Source: Nageia nagi
Lineage: Eukaryota > Plantae > Pinophyta
DNA length: 64,000 nt
Reading direction: 5' to 3'
Assembly (NCBI GenBank): GCA_050084985.1
Contig: JBITNC010000001.1
Span: 199,454,001-199,518,000 of the forward strand
How positions within the stretch are numbered: the first letter of the stretch is position 1; each line of letters begins with the position of its first letter. Of the stretch, positions 40,761 through 52,300 are shown one piece after another. The translations under genes and the position numbers were made by a program. The notes under the pieces were generated by a model, which was not told the origin of the DNA, did no database searches, and saw only the letters and a list, made by a program, of their open reading frames with translations.

Positions 40761-43700
40761 TTCAAAATCCAAATGCAAGCATCTTTGCCTCTTGCAAATT
40801 TGCTCAAAAACTAATTTTTGCCCCCCTAAAAGGTAGGTGCTGGTTTTACAAGTTATCCCCCATTTTTTAATTTTTCAAAACTTGCGAAAACATCCTAAAA
40901 CCTGCGGCTAACCTTCTTGGTCCCTAAAAAGTGCCCAAAATTGCAATTTTTCACTTCTATAAGGTAGATGGTGTGATTCTACACCATTTTGACCTATCAT
41001 TTGTGCAATTTGGCCCACACAAACACCCAAAAAACACCTTTTTGCATTCAAAAAGAATCTAAGGGATGAGAAAACTAAAAAAAAAATTGGATTTTTCCTT
41101 CAAAATCTCAAAATTCAAAATCCAAATCTGAAGCATGGAGGTTGTAGAGCATTCCAAGGCCATCATCTTTGCTTTCAAGACCCCCCACTTAGGGATAGGT
41201 TTTGGGTTATTTCCCCATTTCCCTCCACTTTTCCAACATTGGGTATGAGAATGATAAGTCTAAAATGCAATCCTTTTGATCTAGGGTTGATATGGAAGTA
41301 ACATGTGGCACTTTTGACCCCCTTGAGTCTATAAATATGACCATACCCCCTCCATTTTGCTCACCTCTCATTTTTGCACCCTTATGCTACCCAAATTTTT
41401 GAGAATTTGAGAGCCAAGTGAGAAAAGAAGCCATTTTTCCAACCTTGGAGGATTTTTCAAACGCTTAGTATCTTGGCCATTTACCCAAATTCCATTAAAA
41501 TTCGAAATCCAAGCATCCTCCATCCACATGAACTCCATTTTTTTCAAGTTTTGAGAATTTTTCTCACAAAAACCCATTTTTCAAACCCTCAAACACTTGA
41601 AAATTTATTTTTTTAGATTTCAAGTTTGATCATATTTTTGGATATCCTTTATCCATGTTATCAACTTTTATTTTCAGTTAACAAACACAAAAAAAATTCA
41701 TAAGATCCAAGATTTGAGTGCTCAAAATCCTCGTTTCTTTAAAAAAGAAATTCAAAAAAATCCAAATTTTTTCAAAAAACTCCAAAAATTGTTTCTGAAG
41801 TCTATTTTGGCCATTTCAAAGTCCAAAATACCTTCCCCATTCATTCCTCATCCATCTAAGGTGTCAGAACTTGATTTTGGCACCAGTTGCCAATTTTGCC
41901 AAATTTCACCACTTTTTCTTGTTGGAAAAGTCAATTTTTTTGAGAAAAACTGCAAAATTCTCCTATCATCCTAATTTTTTGTCAAGGCACTCCCCTTTGA
42001 GGCAGCTACATTTGTTTCATCTCCAACTCACCTAGAAGGCCTTGAAAATTGCAAATTACTACACTTTTCGATGATGGCACACTTAAAGTGAAAAACGTCA
42101 AACAAATCCAAATTCTTCAGAAACCCCTCTTTGCCTGCCTAGAAAGTGCCATACGCTTCCCAAGACTCTTCTAACTTTTGTTGTCCTCTCAAACAGGGAC
42201 ACAATGGTGTTAGTTGCTCAAAACATCAAAGATTGGAAGTAGAGAAGGCTCACAATCGACAGTCTCATCACGCTCGAACACACAACAGAGCCAGTGATGC
42301 CTGCCGCAAGAATCATAGACCAACTAAGTGAGATCAGGGACACAGATTGTAACTCACTTGATCCAAAAAAAACTCTAATGAAAATCCAAGCATTGGATCC
42401 AGCTTTGCTAGTAAAGGACACTTTGAAAACCTTCTACTAGTAGTAGCTTCTATGGTGCCATTCGTCACCCCCTTCCCTGAGCTATGTTACGAGATAGGAA
42501 AGCATTGTGATGTCAGAAATCGGAGACTCCTCGATAGAAGGAACAAAGTAGTCATGGAATTCTCTGAGGAAGGAATAGAGAGCGCTTTCACTTGGAAAAA
42601 TGAAGGCCAATCATACAACGTACAGGACTCCTTAAGGTTCTACAAAAATCTAAAGCCCCCAGCTGATTTGATTAGAGATTGGTTGGCTGATGACTATAAG
42701 CACCTCATAGGGAGAGACTTAGCAGCGCCAAATAGAGGAGAGTTCTATCCAGTAGTCTCTAGACTAATATCAATGCTTTCCAGAGTTATCGAATAGAAAG
42801 ACGACACCAAATTTCAGTCGGAATTCGCAAGGTTTATAGAGCTAGTCAGCACTGGTAGAGGCATAAGGTGGAGCAAAGTAATTAGTGATTGCCTGGCTCA
42901 ACAACTAAAAAATTTCCAGAAGAGCAAGAAATTTTATATGAACTACTTGGTTTATCTACTCCTTCATGGTAGGGAGAGGGTGACCTCAATCACCAATACT
43001 AAGTATCTATACGACCCCACACACCCAGTGTGGGAAAACTACCTACGGTTCTTTGTTCATAACAAGTGGAGCGATGAAAACTGGAAGATGATGACCAATG
43101 GTTTTGAAGGCAAAATTTACGATGAGATCATGGGCAGAGCCAATGTATTTAGAATATCAAATGAGGCTGCTGCCACTATCAAGGGACATGTGGACTTCTT
43201 TATAGAAGACATAGAGTTCACCTACCTCTGGGTTTATGGCTCCAAAGAAGCCCCTAATAGGCTACCCCGTTACATAAGTAATCACATCATCCTTATGGAA
43301 TTTTCAAGACACTTGCTAAATGTACATGATAAGGTATGGGTAAAGAAGGCGATGACCACTTACCAATTGCTTATCGTCATTGGGAATTATGAATGCACCA
43401 CTTGGCGATAGATTGAAATGATCAAACAAGAATTGGCGTTATATGAATTCCCAACAGAAGTAGCTATGGATCACTATGATCTTGATGAAGTGATTGATTC
43501 ATTCTTCCAAAAGACTTGGAGATCATCATACCCACACCAGTCCCTTGGTAGCATCGTGAGGTACAGGAACATTCAGGATGCCTTGCAAGTTCAACGGATT
43601 CACAAGGAGCTGAAAAAAGAACAAAACTAGCATCAAGCCAAAGAAGTTGCCAAGTTAAAAGCCAATGCACGGGTCACTATACCCCCAAGCCACGGGTATG

Positions 43701-46516
43701 TTATTCCCATAATATCCCCTTCAGTAACCTTGGCTCAAGGACAAAACAGGTAGTACGCTACCAATAGCATCCTTGGAAAAACCATTGAAACAACTGTCAC
43801 GGGTACATGGAATGAAATCCTAGACCTCAGAAGAACAGGCTTGATCTCTCAACCATTCAAACACTTGTAGAAAAAGATAAATCTCCCGCAAGGTTTGAAT
43901 CGGAGTGGTATGTGCCTGAATCAAAACCCCAACACATCATCATCCAGTTTCGATAAATATGGATTGAGTGACTCGTCAAAGATCGATGAAGAGATGAATT
44001 TTGCTACAGTCGTCAACATTGACTTGGAGATAAACCAAAATACTGCCTTTGAGCAGGTCAACACTAATCATTCAGTAAAAATCCTTAGTGAAGGCAATCC
44101 CTTCGTCGATATGATTGTACAACAAATAGCAAAAGCAGCTACCCCAAAATCCGCTCCTCGGAAATAGGCGTTGCAAATGCCACCATCTCGAAGGACCACA
44201 ACAACATCAACTCATAAGAGTACTTCAAGACCTAGGACAATGGCATCATCTTTAGGGGGAGACAATGAAAATTAGAAGGATGAGGGAGAAAATGAAGAAT
44301 AGAGGAGAAAAAGAAGACAAGTAGAGCATGACATCGAGATCATTGAAGATGGAGAGATGGTTCCCTACGGAAAACAACCTATGGAACCCTATTTCGACAT
44401 GGCTGCAGTGATGGCCAATTTGAGTTCAAATCATCCTTGCGTAGAAGAAGATTCCGAAGATGAAAATGAGGAACTTCAGCAGATTGATACTCTTATCACC
44501 ATAGTAGGAAAAGTCACCTACAAGGACAAAGCTCTATTCAAGGAAAAACAAGGCTAGTACTGAAAAGTGTGCCCTCACCATTGAGACAGAAGATGCCCCT
44601 GTAGAGATTGTTGGCCCATTGGAAATGGAGCACAACATCATCACAAATGCATGGGCATTGAGGGAATCTAGTACGTTATTGGAGTTAGAGAACTGAGAGT
44701 TGAAGAAGATAATGGCGAGGCAAAAAATGATCGACAAAGAAGTCAAGACTGCTAATTTTAAAGTTGAAGACATCAAAAAATAGGTTGACTTAAATACTGG
44801 AATCATCACCTTGAAACAAGGATGGGCCAAGAACCTTATTGATTCCATCAAAACACTCCACTCAAGCATGGTAAATTTTTATATTGAGGAGGAGGGGTCG
44901 CATTCTCAGGTGGAGAAAATAGAACAAATGATCATCAGATGGAAGAATGGGTACCCTATGATGCTAGACCTATGGAGAAGGGCAACCCATCATCCTTTCA
45001 TGCTGGATTTTTGCATAGATTGGTTCCAACTATATGATTACTTCTTCTATATCAAAGCCAAGTCCACCAATTTCATATGCACCAGAACCCAACTCAAAGC
45101 CGTCATCAGTGAATAGGCAAGGGAATACAAATTCCAAGTACCCTTGCTTGAGGAAAACGACAACATTAAGGAGTATATGATAGTGATGACAATGATCCAC
45201 ACCACTATCATAGAGCAGATATGTTCTAAGGATCCACATAGCCTGAAAACAAGAAAACAAAGGACAAAAGGGATGAGATTAGCTGATTGGAGCAAGGAAA
45301 TGGTCAAAATTGATAAGGCCATCCTAGAGCACCTGCTATCAAATGAAGGACCTCTCAAGACAATCCATCGTGCCATCAGGAATGTAGAAGTGTTCATGGG
45401 AGATGACTTTGAAGCCAAAATTGCCACAAACATGCAAGTCATCTTCCCGCAATCGCCAAAATAGAAAGGGGTCTATTTTGGCAAGTTTTTTATATGTAAG
45501 CCAAATATTTGGCCAACTTAGTGGATTTCCACTAAGTCCAATTGTAATCTTTATTTAGCATTTTTAATTAGCTTTTAATTTTGCAATTAGGGTTAGAATT
45601 TTGAAACTCATTTCTAGGGTTTCAAAAGTCACTTTTAAGGTTTCCAAACTCTATAAGAGACCAAGGATCTCATTTTTGTAAGGACTTCATTCTGAAGCAA
45701 AACACTTCAAGCTTGAACAGAGAACTTTGGTAAGAGAGTAGCAAATTGATGTATCCTTGCACAACTCTTTTTCAAATTAATACAAAGTGGTTAAAGCAAA
45801 GACTTGAGTTTGAAACTTTTCACATTGGTGTTATTGATTGATTCTTTGAGGGCACTCATAGTGGGTTTGTGTACTTTCATTTTATACATTTGAAAGCTCA
45901 CGAGCTTTAGGAAAGTTATCTCTGAAAAACTTTAAAAGTGCTTTAAGGAACATTAAGTTGTTTGCTTGCAAGTTTGGATGAATTGGATGAAGTGTCTTTA
46001 ACCGATTCGGAAGAGATCAACTCTTAGACACTTTCTCGTTAGTGAACCTCAACCTCATACCTGACCAAGTATCCCTTCTTTCTTCAAGGTGTCATCCTTC
46101 ACCTTTTACAGTATTGCCTTTACGTTTTCTTTATGCTTTCATACCAAATATGATCATTAAATCCACACACAAAAGTTTCAAACGAACTCTATAGATCAAA
46201 AAATAAAAACACCATTGGTTAATAGACTACATACCTCTCATTCCATTCCATTGAGGCTGATTCCAAAGAGGGATACCGGCACCTTTATTTATTTATTTAT
46301 CTATCCCTATTCAGAAAACACACCAAGCGAACAAACCTTACAACGTCACGACATTGGGGTCTCCGAGTAGGGTGTTTTGACAAGAGCCTAGGAGGTACAT
46401 AGTCCTTTTCAATCGGAGGAATTGGTAACACATTCCCAACTATGTTGCTTGGGATCTCCTAAGTTCCACCCGTGATATTTAGAGTGTCCTACGCGGGAAA
46501 GAAAAGCATCCCAACA
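37866..46516. mobile_element. Element D (~7.8 kb when reconstructed): TGTTG...CAACA, 5-bp TSD, split by an inversion (5' part inverted at 37866-39965; 3' part at 40756-46516)
   Basis: Termini ...GGGCACAACA (39965) and ...ATCCCAACA (46516) are flanked by CATCA (39966-39970) and its reverse complement TGATG (46517-46521). ~360-bp degenerate repeats (near 38099, 38461, 38833) continue in the opposite orientation at ~40810-40920. Confidence 0.85.
42200..45464 (+). pseudogene. Decayed ~1,100-codon ORF of element D, homologue of the element E ORF
   Basis: Pieces 42452-42796, 42938-43411, 43418-43630, 43895-44167, 44811-45116 and 45144-45464. TATAAATA at 41330-41337. PFPELCYEIGKHCD matches PFPDLCSEVARKCD in E; KKFYMNYLVYLLLH matches KRFYMNSYLVYLFLH. 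Confidence 0.82.
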
Positions 46517-48991
46517 TGATGATACAATGATTTCTAATTTTCAAAGATCTAAAATAGCATTTTCTTCTTTGTAGTCTTTACATTCAAAACTATCTTCACC
46601 TTCTTCACTATTATTTCCAGAAACCAAATCTAAAACAACAATGACTCTTTCCTCTTTCTTCCCAACATTATTACTTTCAACAACACCATGTAAAACTTCT
46701 GAATTATTGTTATAAAAATCAGAATTACTATCATACCTTTTTGGGGTGTCAACATGGTTGATCCAAGATTCTTCCTTTGCCAATTTTCCTTCTTGTCCAA
46801 CGTTGGGTGCCCAAGCTCCTTGGTGCTCAACATGGGGTGTTAAACCTCTTCCTGGTTCAACGTTGGGTGCCAAACTTCCTCTATGCCCAACATGTGATGC
46901 CAAGACTCCTCCATGTCTGCGCTCACCATTGAATCTAGGAATCTTATCAATTCCCTTTGATTCCCTCAAAGTTCTCCCTTGGTATTTTTGTGGCCATGGT
47001 AGAGATGAACATTATGGTGGAGGATGCTGAATTCTTCTTTTTGCATGAAGAGTGTCTTGAGATCTGAAATCTTCTTTGGATCTGATGTCATTTTCTCCAC
47101 ACTCTCATACGGCTGGATTGGAGTGATCTAGGGATGGTGTAACCCCCAACGTTTCCTCTTGGGAATTTTCTTTGGAAAAATACATCTAAGTCTTCAAAAT
47201 ATTGTTGCATCTGTGTAGTCAATGATATACAAAGATGTATGAGCTGATCATGCTTCTTTGTTTCTCTCCATGATGCCATAGTCTTCAAAACCCTAACTCA
47301 AAAACCTAAAACCTTCATATTAAATTTTTCTAATTAGCCAGGATGATAGATTAAGACTTTTTATACATGGAAACGACCTTCAGATATGTAGATATATTCT
47401 CCATACCCTAGACGACTTAGTATAAGAATTCATACTTTTTCAAAAAACTATCGTTTTGACCATGAAACTGGCCTTTTAAGTGTAGGACCTCCAGATTTAC
47501 TGGTTCAATTTGCTTCTAGCCGAATCTTAAGCTCACACACTGACCAGATCTAGGCTCTAATATCACTTGTGATGATCCAAAAATGTAATCTCAAGAACAA
47601 ATTAGCATATTATAATAATAAACCATAACGTCTGGTCTAGGGCATTCAAAAATTGCATAAACAACACTATGAAGCCAACGTTGGAGCTAGGGCATCAAAT
47701 ATAAGCATTAACTACACAATAATGCCAACGTATGGCAAATAAAAGTATAATAAGCAATAATAATCCAACGCATGCACAAGAATGATATAAACAATACAAA
47801 TGATGAGATCTAATGCCCTTGGCAATATATATAATGCTTAATGAATACAATACTAGGCCCAGAAGGGCTGACGTTGGCCTCTTAGGAGCCAACTAGGGCA
47901 CAACACTATATCTGCTCTTTCTGAAAATACTCTAAAACCATGGGATAGTATGCCTCCTCAGAATAAGAATTCTCTCCATCGAAGGGGGCCTCCTCAGATC
48001 CTGGATAACCATCGAAAGTAGAAGCAATACCTCAGAATACCATCTAATGGGCAAAGGTGCTACACCAGTGCCATAGACAAACAAGATCCCTCAGCCTGAA
48101 TGCCCTCTAGATGTTGTGCCTAGGAAAGGTTGCTTAGCATCGGTAAGACTTGTTATCCTTTGGACTGTGTATAAGTAATAATAATCAATGTATATCCAGT
48201 AATGAGGCTCCAATGTCTATTTATACATTTGCTCTGTCCAAATCTCACCTAGGAGTCATCACTTTAACTTCCAAGTCCAACGTTAGCCTAGAGATGCCAA
48301 TTATTACAAGATCCAAGGGCTAGATATGCAACACCTCATTATTGGAGACTAATATTACATTTACAATTATTAATTGCCTTGGAATCATGTACTCATACAA
48401 GTGGCCCTCATAAAGCATACTAAATCTATTATCAATTACCAAGCTCACATCTAAATATAATCAATGATTAACTCCTATACCAAGGAGTGGGATGTCACAT
48501 CTCAAGGGATCAATATGGAGATGTTTCTAGATTTCCATGGGCTGCCACAATATGGAAGACTTGTCCAAATGGTGAACTTCAAGAGACCATAACTCCTTTG
48601 TTTCCTGATGAAACCATATCGTATAACTTGTCAAAATATTTCCCAAGAGATGCCCTGTCCAAAGAAAAAATCAAATCAACTTTCCAAGACCTATGGCGAA
48701 CTCTATCCTCACAAATAGGTACATAAATAGAATATTTGCAAAAGGGACATTACAATCCATTATGGATTGATGCTATTTTTGAGAAGAATATCCATGTTTA
48801 TAGACTAATGAAAATTGAATCCATGTTGATGGATTAGTGTCACTTTCTTCTTCCATCGTATGCACCTTGTCTTGTGGTATGACCAAGTTGGCATTTAGTG
48901 GCTTGTTCTTCATTTAGGCAACAATATTGTTGAATGAGAACTTAAAACCTCCGAATCAACATGTTTGTTATTAGAGAAGAACTTATGCATC

Positions 48992-49149
48992 TTGACTTAT
49001 GGATTTCTATAATCAAGATGGCATTGTTGGGGCCATGGTCAAGTTGACACGATGTGGCTAGTAAAATTGACTTATGGATTTCTATAATCAAGATGGCATT
49101 GTTTGGGCCATAGTCAAGTAGATACGATGTGGCTAGTAAATCTTGACTT
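48992..49149. repeat. 75-bp tandem duplication
   Basis: TTGACTTATGGATTTCTATAATCAAGATGGCATTG... at 48992 and 49067. Confidence 0.85.
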
Positions 49150-49359
49150 GGTGATATAATATTTTAGCTTAATGGCTTATACATAGCTTATGATCTTTTG
49201 ATTAAAGTATATGTATTTGAAACTTATCTTAAGACTAGCGCATTAGTTATTTGGGACAACATAATGCTTAAATGACTATGAGATTGGATGTTTGTAATAT
49301 CAAATAATTTGACCTTTTCTAAAATATGCTTAACCTTAATTTTTTAAGATAATTCGTCT

Positions 49360-52300
49360 TATGGAGAATCAAATCCTTGTTCAAAGGCATAAATTTGACA
49401 AGGATAACATGAAAAGGGCTTCCCAACCTCCTCAATTGGTTCTTTTTGATTTGATGGATTCATCTCAGATCAAGACAGGTGTGACACAGTTGGGGTTGGC
49501 TTGGCCGGGTGGCATCCCTCTATATCAATTCATCTATTTAAGCTGATCCTTGATTGGCTCGACTAGGTAGGTCGGCATTTCATAAGGTATCTATCCCTCT
49601 ATCTCTTTCTCTATCTCGCCCTGGATTCCATTCCAGTTGGCCCTACCAACAATGAATATATGGGGCCATTGAATTGATTTATGGTCGAACTCTAGGACTA
49701 ATTCGATGGAGGGCTAGCCCTTGGCTTTCTAATGATCTAGATGGGGAAGTAGCTCTCATTGGGGGAGCTTCATATATCCTTACCTTTATCAACAACTTAA
49801 GTAGCATGACATTTGGTTATCTACTCAAGCACAAGGATCAAACCTTTGATAGGCTCAAAGATTTCATAGCCTTAGTTGAAATTAGAAAGATTTCAAAATC
49901 AAGATGCTAAGATTTGACAATGGGGGTTGAATATCATAGTAACTAGTTCAATGATTATTGTACCAAATACAGGATCAAGAGGTAGCTCACCATCCCTTAC
50001 ACCCCTCAACAAAATGGTGTTGCTAAAAGTTAGAATGGAACCATTCAGGAATTGGCTAGGTGCATGTTAAGGAAAATCTCCCTAGTTTCTTATGGGGTGA
50101 AGTTGTAAACACTATGATCTACACCTTGAATAGGTGTCCTATGAAGAGAGTTGAAAGAAAAACCCTGTATGAGGCATGGACGGGAAAGAAACCTAACATC
50201 GCTCACTTTAGGTTTTTTGGATGTGATGCCTATGCTTTCATTTTTTTCTGTGAAAAGAAAGAAGTTGTACAAGAGATCCTCAAAGTGCATATTTGTGGGC
50301 TATGACAGTCAACATAGGGGCTACAGGATCTAGTCTCCTTCCTCCAAAAAAATGTTTATCTGAAAGGATGTAAAGTTCAATGAACTTCCTGAGGAAATTG
50401 CTTCATGAGAGGACTTGGATGATCTTGATGATTCTTTTGTTGCACCTACCTAGTTGGATGTGTGACATCCCATTTAGACCAATGATAAAATGTATTATGG
50501 TCACTTTGTATTCTAGTGTTTGTTCATAGTCATGTTGTACTTAGTGTAACTCAAGCAGGAGCTTATGGTCTGTGGACCCCACTATGAGCCCAACAATGGG
50601 ATGCCTCTCCTTGAGTAGTGTTGTGTTAATTGTAATGGGTTATCCCAGATTGTGGGAATCCCTAGGTAGATGTGTGATGTATATTTAGAGTGCATAGAGG
50701 AGCATGCCAATGTTGGGAGGGCCCCACATTGACTCAGGAGGCTTCATGGACCCCCATGTCATCCCAAGAGGCCAATTGGACCCCACGTCAACCTTGAGGG
50801 CCTTTATGACCCTCACATTGACATATTGGGCCCATGGGACTCCCATGGTAGCATACTGGGACAATATCACCCCCACGTTGGCACTATTGACTTGTTGACC
50901 CCAACGTTGGATTAGAATTGGCTAGGGGTGATAACGAGGCATGACGGGTGTACATGAGAGGCTATATATTGAGGATGGAGCTCCATCATGAGGTACCACT
51001 TACTATACACTTTCTATACCAAACCCAATCGAGAAATCAAGTCTTGGTGGTGCTGAGCAATATTCCTAGATGGTGTCTAGAGGAGTGACAGGGTTGGGAG
51101 CCTGACATTCTTCGGCTTAGGTGGGTCACCTAGCCCACCCGGTGAAATTCCGAGGATGAGCTTCTACCTTCATTGGTCACCAGGGTTCGAGGAGACTCCT
51201 TCACAAGAGGGGATTTGGATACTGAGGGAGTTAGTCTTTCCCATTGCATGTCCCATCTTGTTGAGGGTTTGGAACCCTAGATCTGTGTGTTGTAACCTCC
51301 ATTTTACTTCATGATCATATCATAATAAAATACATATCATTGTGCCTCTCATCATTGTGTTGTTCCATTATGTGAATGCGTTGTGATATATTGGTGTTGG
51401 AAGCTTTTTCCTAGCTTCATATTGTTGTGTGTACCCATCGTTGGCATTCCTATGTTGTGGGCATTCGTGGGGTTTGCAGAGTGTTGGAGAAGCCCTAGGG
51501 GTTGACGTTAGCATTGTGGGATCCTTGTCTAGTGTGGAGTCTATTTCAAAAGGCCTAGGAGGCTCACGTGGGAGTATTGGAGGGTTTGTGTGCCCTATCA
51601 TTGAGTTGTTTTTGTTGAGGGTAATTTCGGAACATTACAAGTGGTATCAAAGCCAAGATCTTGCTAGCCTGAGGGATGGAGGGCCAATCTACCATCACAA
51701 TGAAGAAGTCGGATTATGGTACAAAGGTGTTCCGTCACTTGCTCCGAAAATTTGAGGAGAAAAAGATCCCAATGGAGGAAAGGAGGAAGCTCATTTGGTA
51801 TTTAGGAGAAAGGCATGTGGATAGGATGAGTAAGAAGAAGGGGAGGCCATGTCTACCCAGACCAAATTCGATGAACAAGACACCACCACGGATTGAGATC
51901 TTGCTCTAGATCTATCGTGGCATGGCTAAGGAGTTTCAGAGGGATGTCACCTTTCACGTGTACCAAGATTTTCTACGGTATGGAGTGAACGCATGGGATG
52001 GAAACATCATTGGGGAAGTTGAGGCCAACCCAACCCTGACGGCCGATGGTGGTTATAAGGAGGAAGCAACTTGAGATCTGAAAGAGAAGGACGATATGGA
52101 TGAGGGTCTCAAAGAAGGGGCAACCCTAAACCTAAAAAAGAAGGCTGAGCGAAAGATATCCCTCCGATCTAGTGCCACGCACAATAGATTAGAGAAGGTT
52201 ACAAAGTGATTTCAATAAGAAGCATGGATGCCGCTATTTGGATGAAGGATAATGAATGGGTATGTATCTTCACATTGACCAAAGGAGGACTACTGTTGGA

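Larger units (their letters stand above)
34481..48754 (-). mobile_element. Element C: non-autonomous LTR element with no recognisable gag/pol (LARD-like), hosting element D and an inversion
   Basis: LTRs 34481-35681 and 47568-48754, perfect TSD ATCCA (34476-34480 / 48755-48759), degenerate PBS at 47554-47565 and PPT directly after 35681. Confidence 0.92.

Noticed and set aside
39947-40870. 307-aa ORF, the longest in the window, as a gene
   Set aside because: It is chimeric: it begins in the terminus of element D, runs through the inverted internal sequence of element C, and crosses the inversion junction back into D.
51038-51245. Hammerhead ribozyme (retrozyme), or Cassandra-like 5S/tRNA sequence, in the LTR core
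   Set aside because: CTGAGGA occurs in only some copies (others have CTGAGGG) and there is no matching GAAA. GGTTCGA lacks the rest of a B box or a cloverleaf. No 5S similarity was seen.
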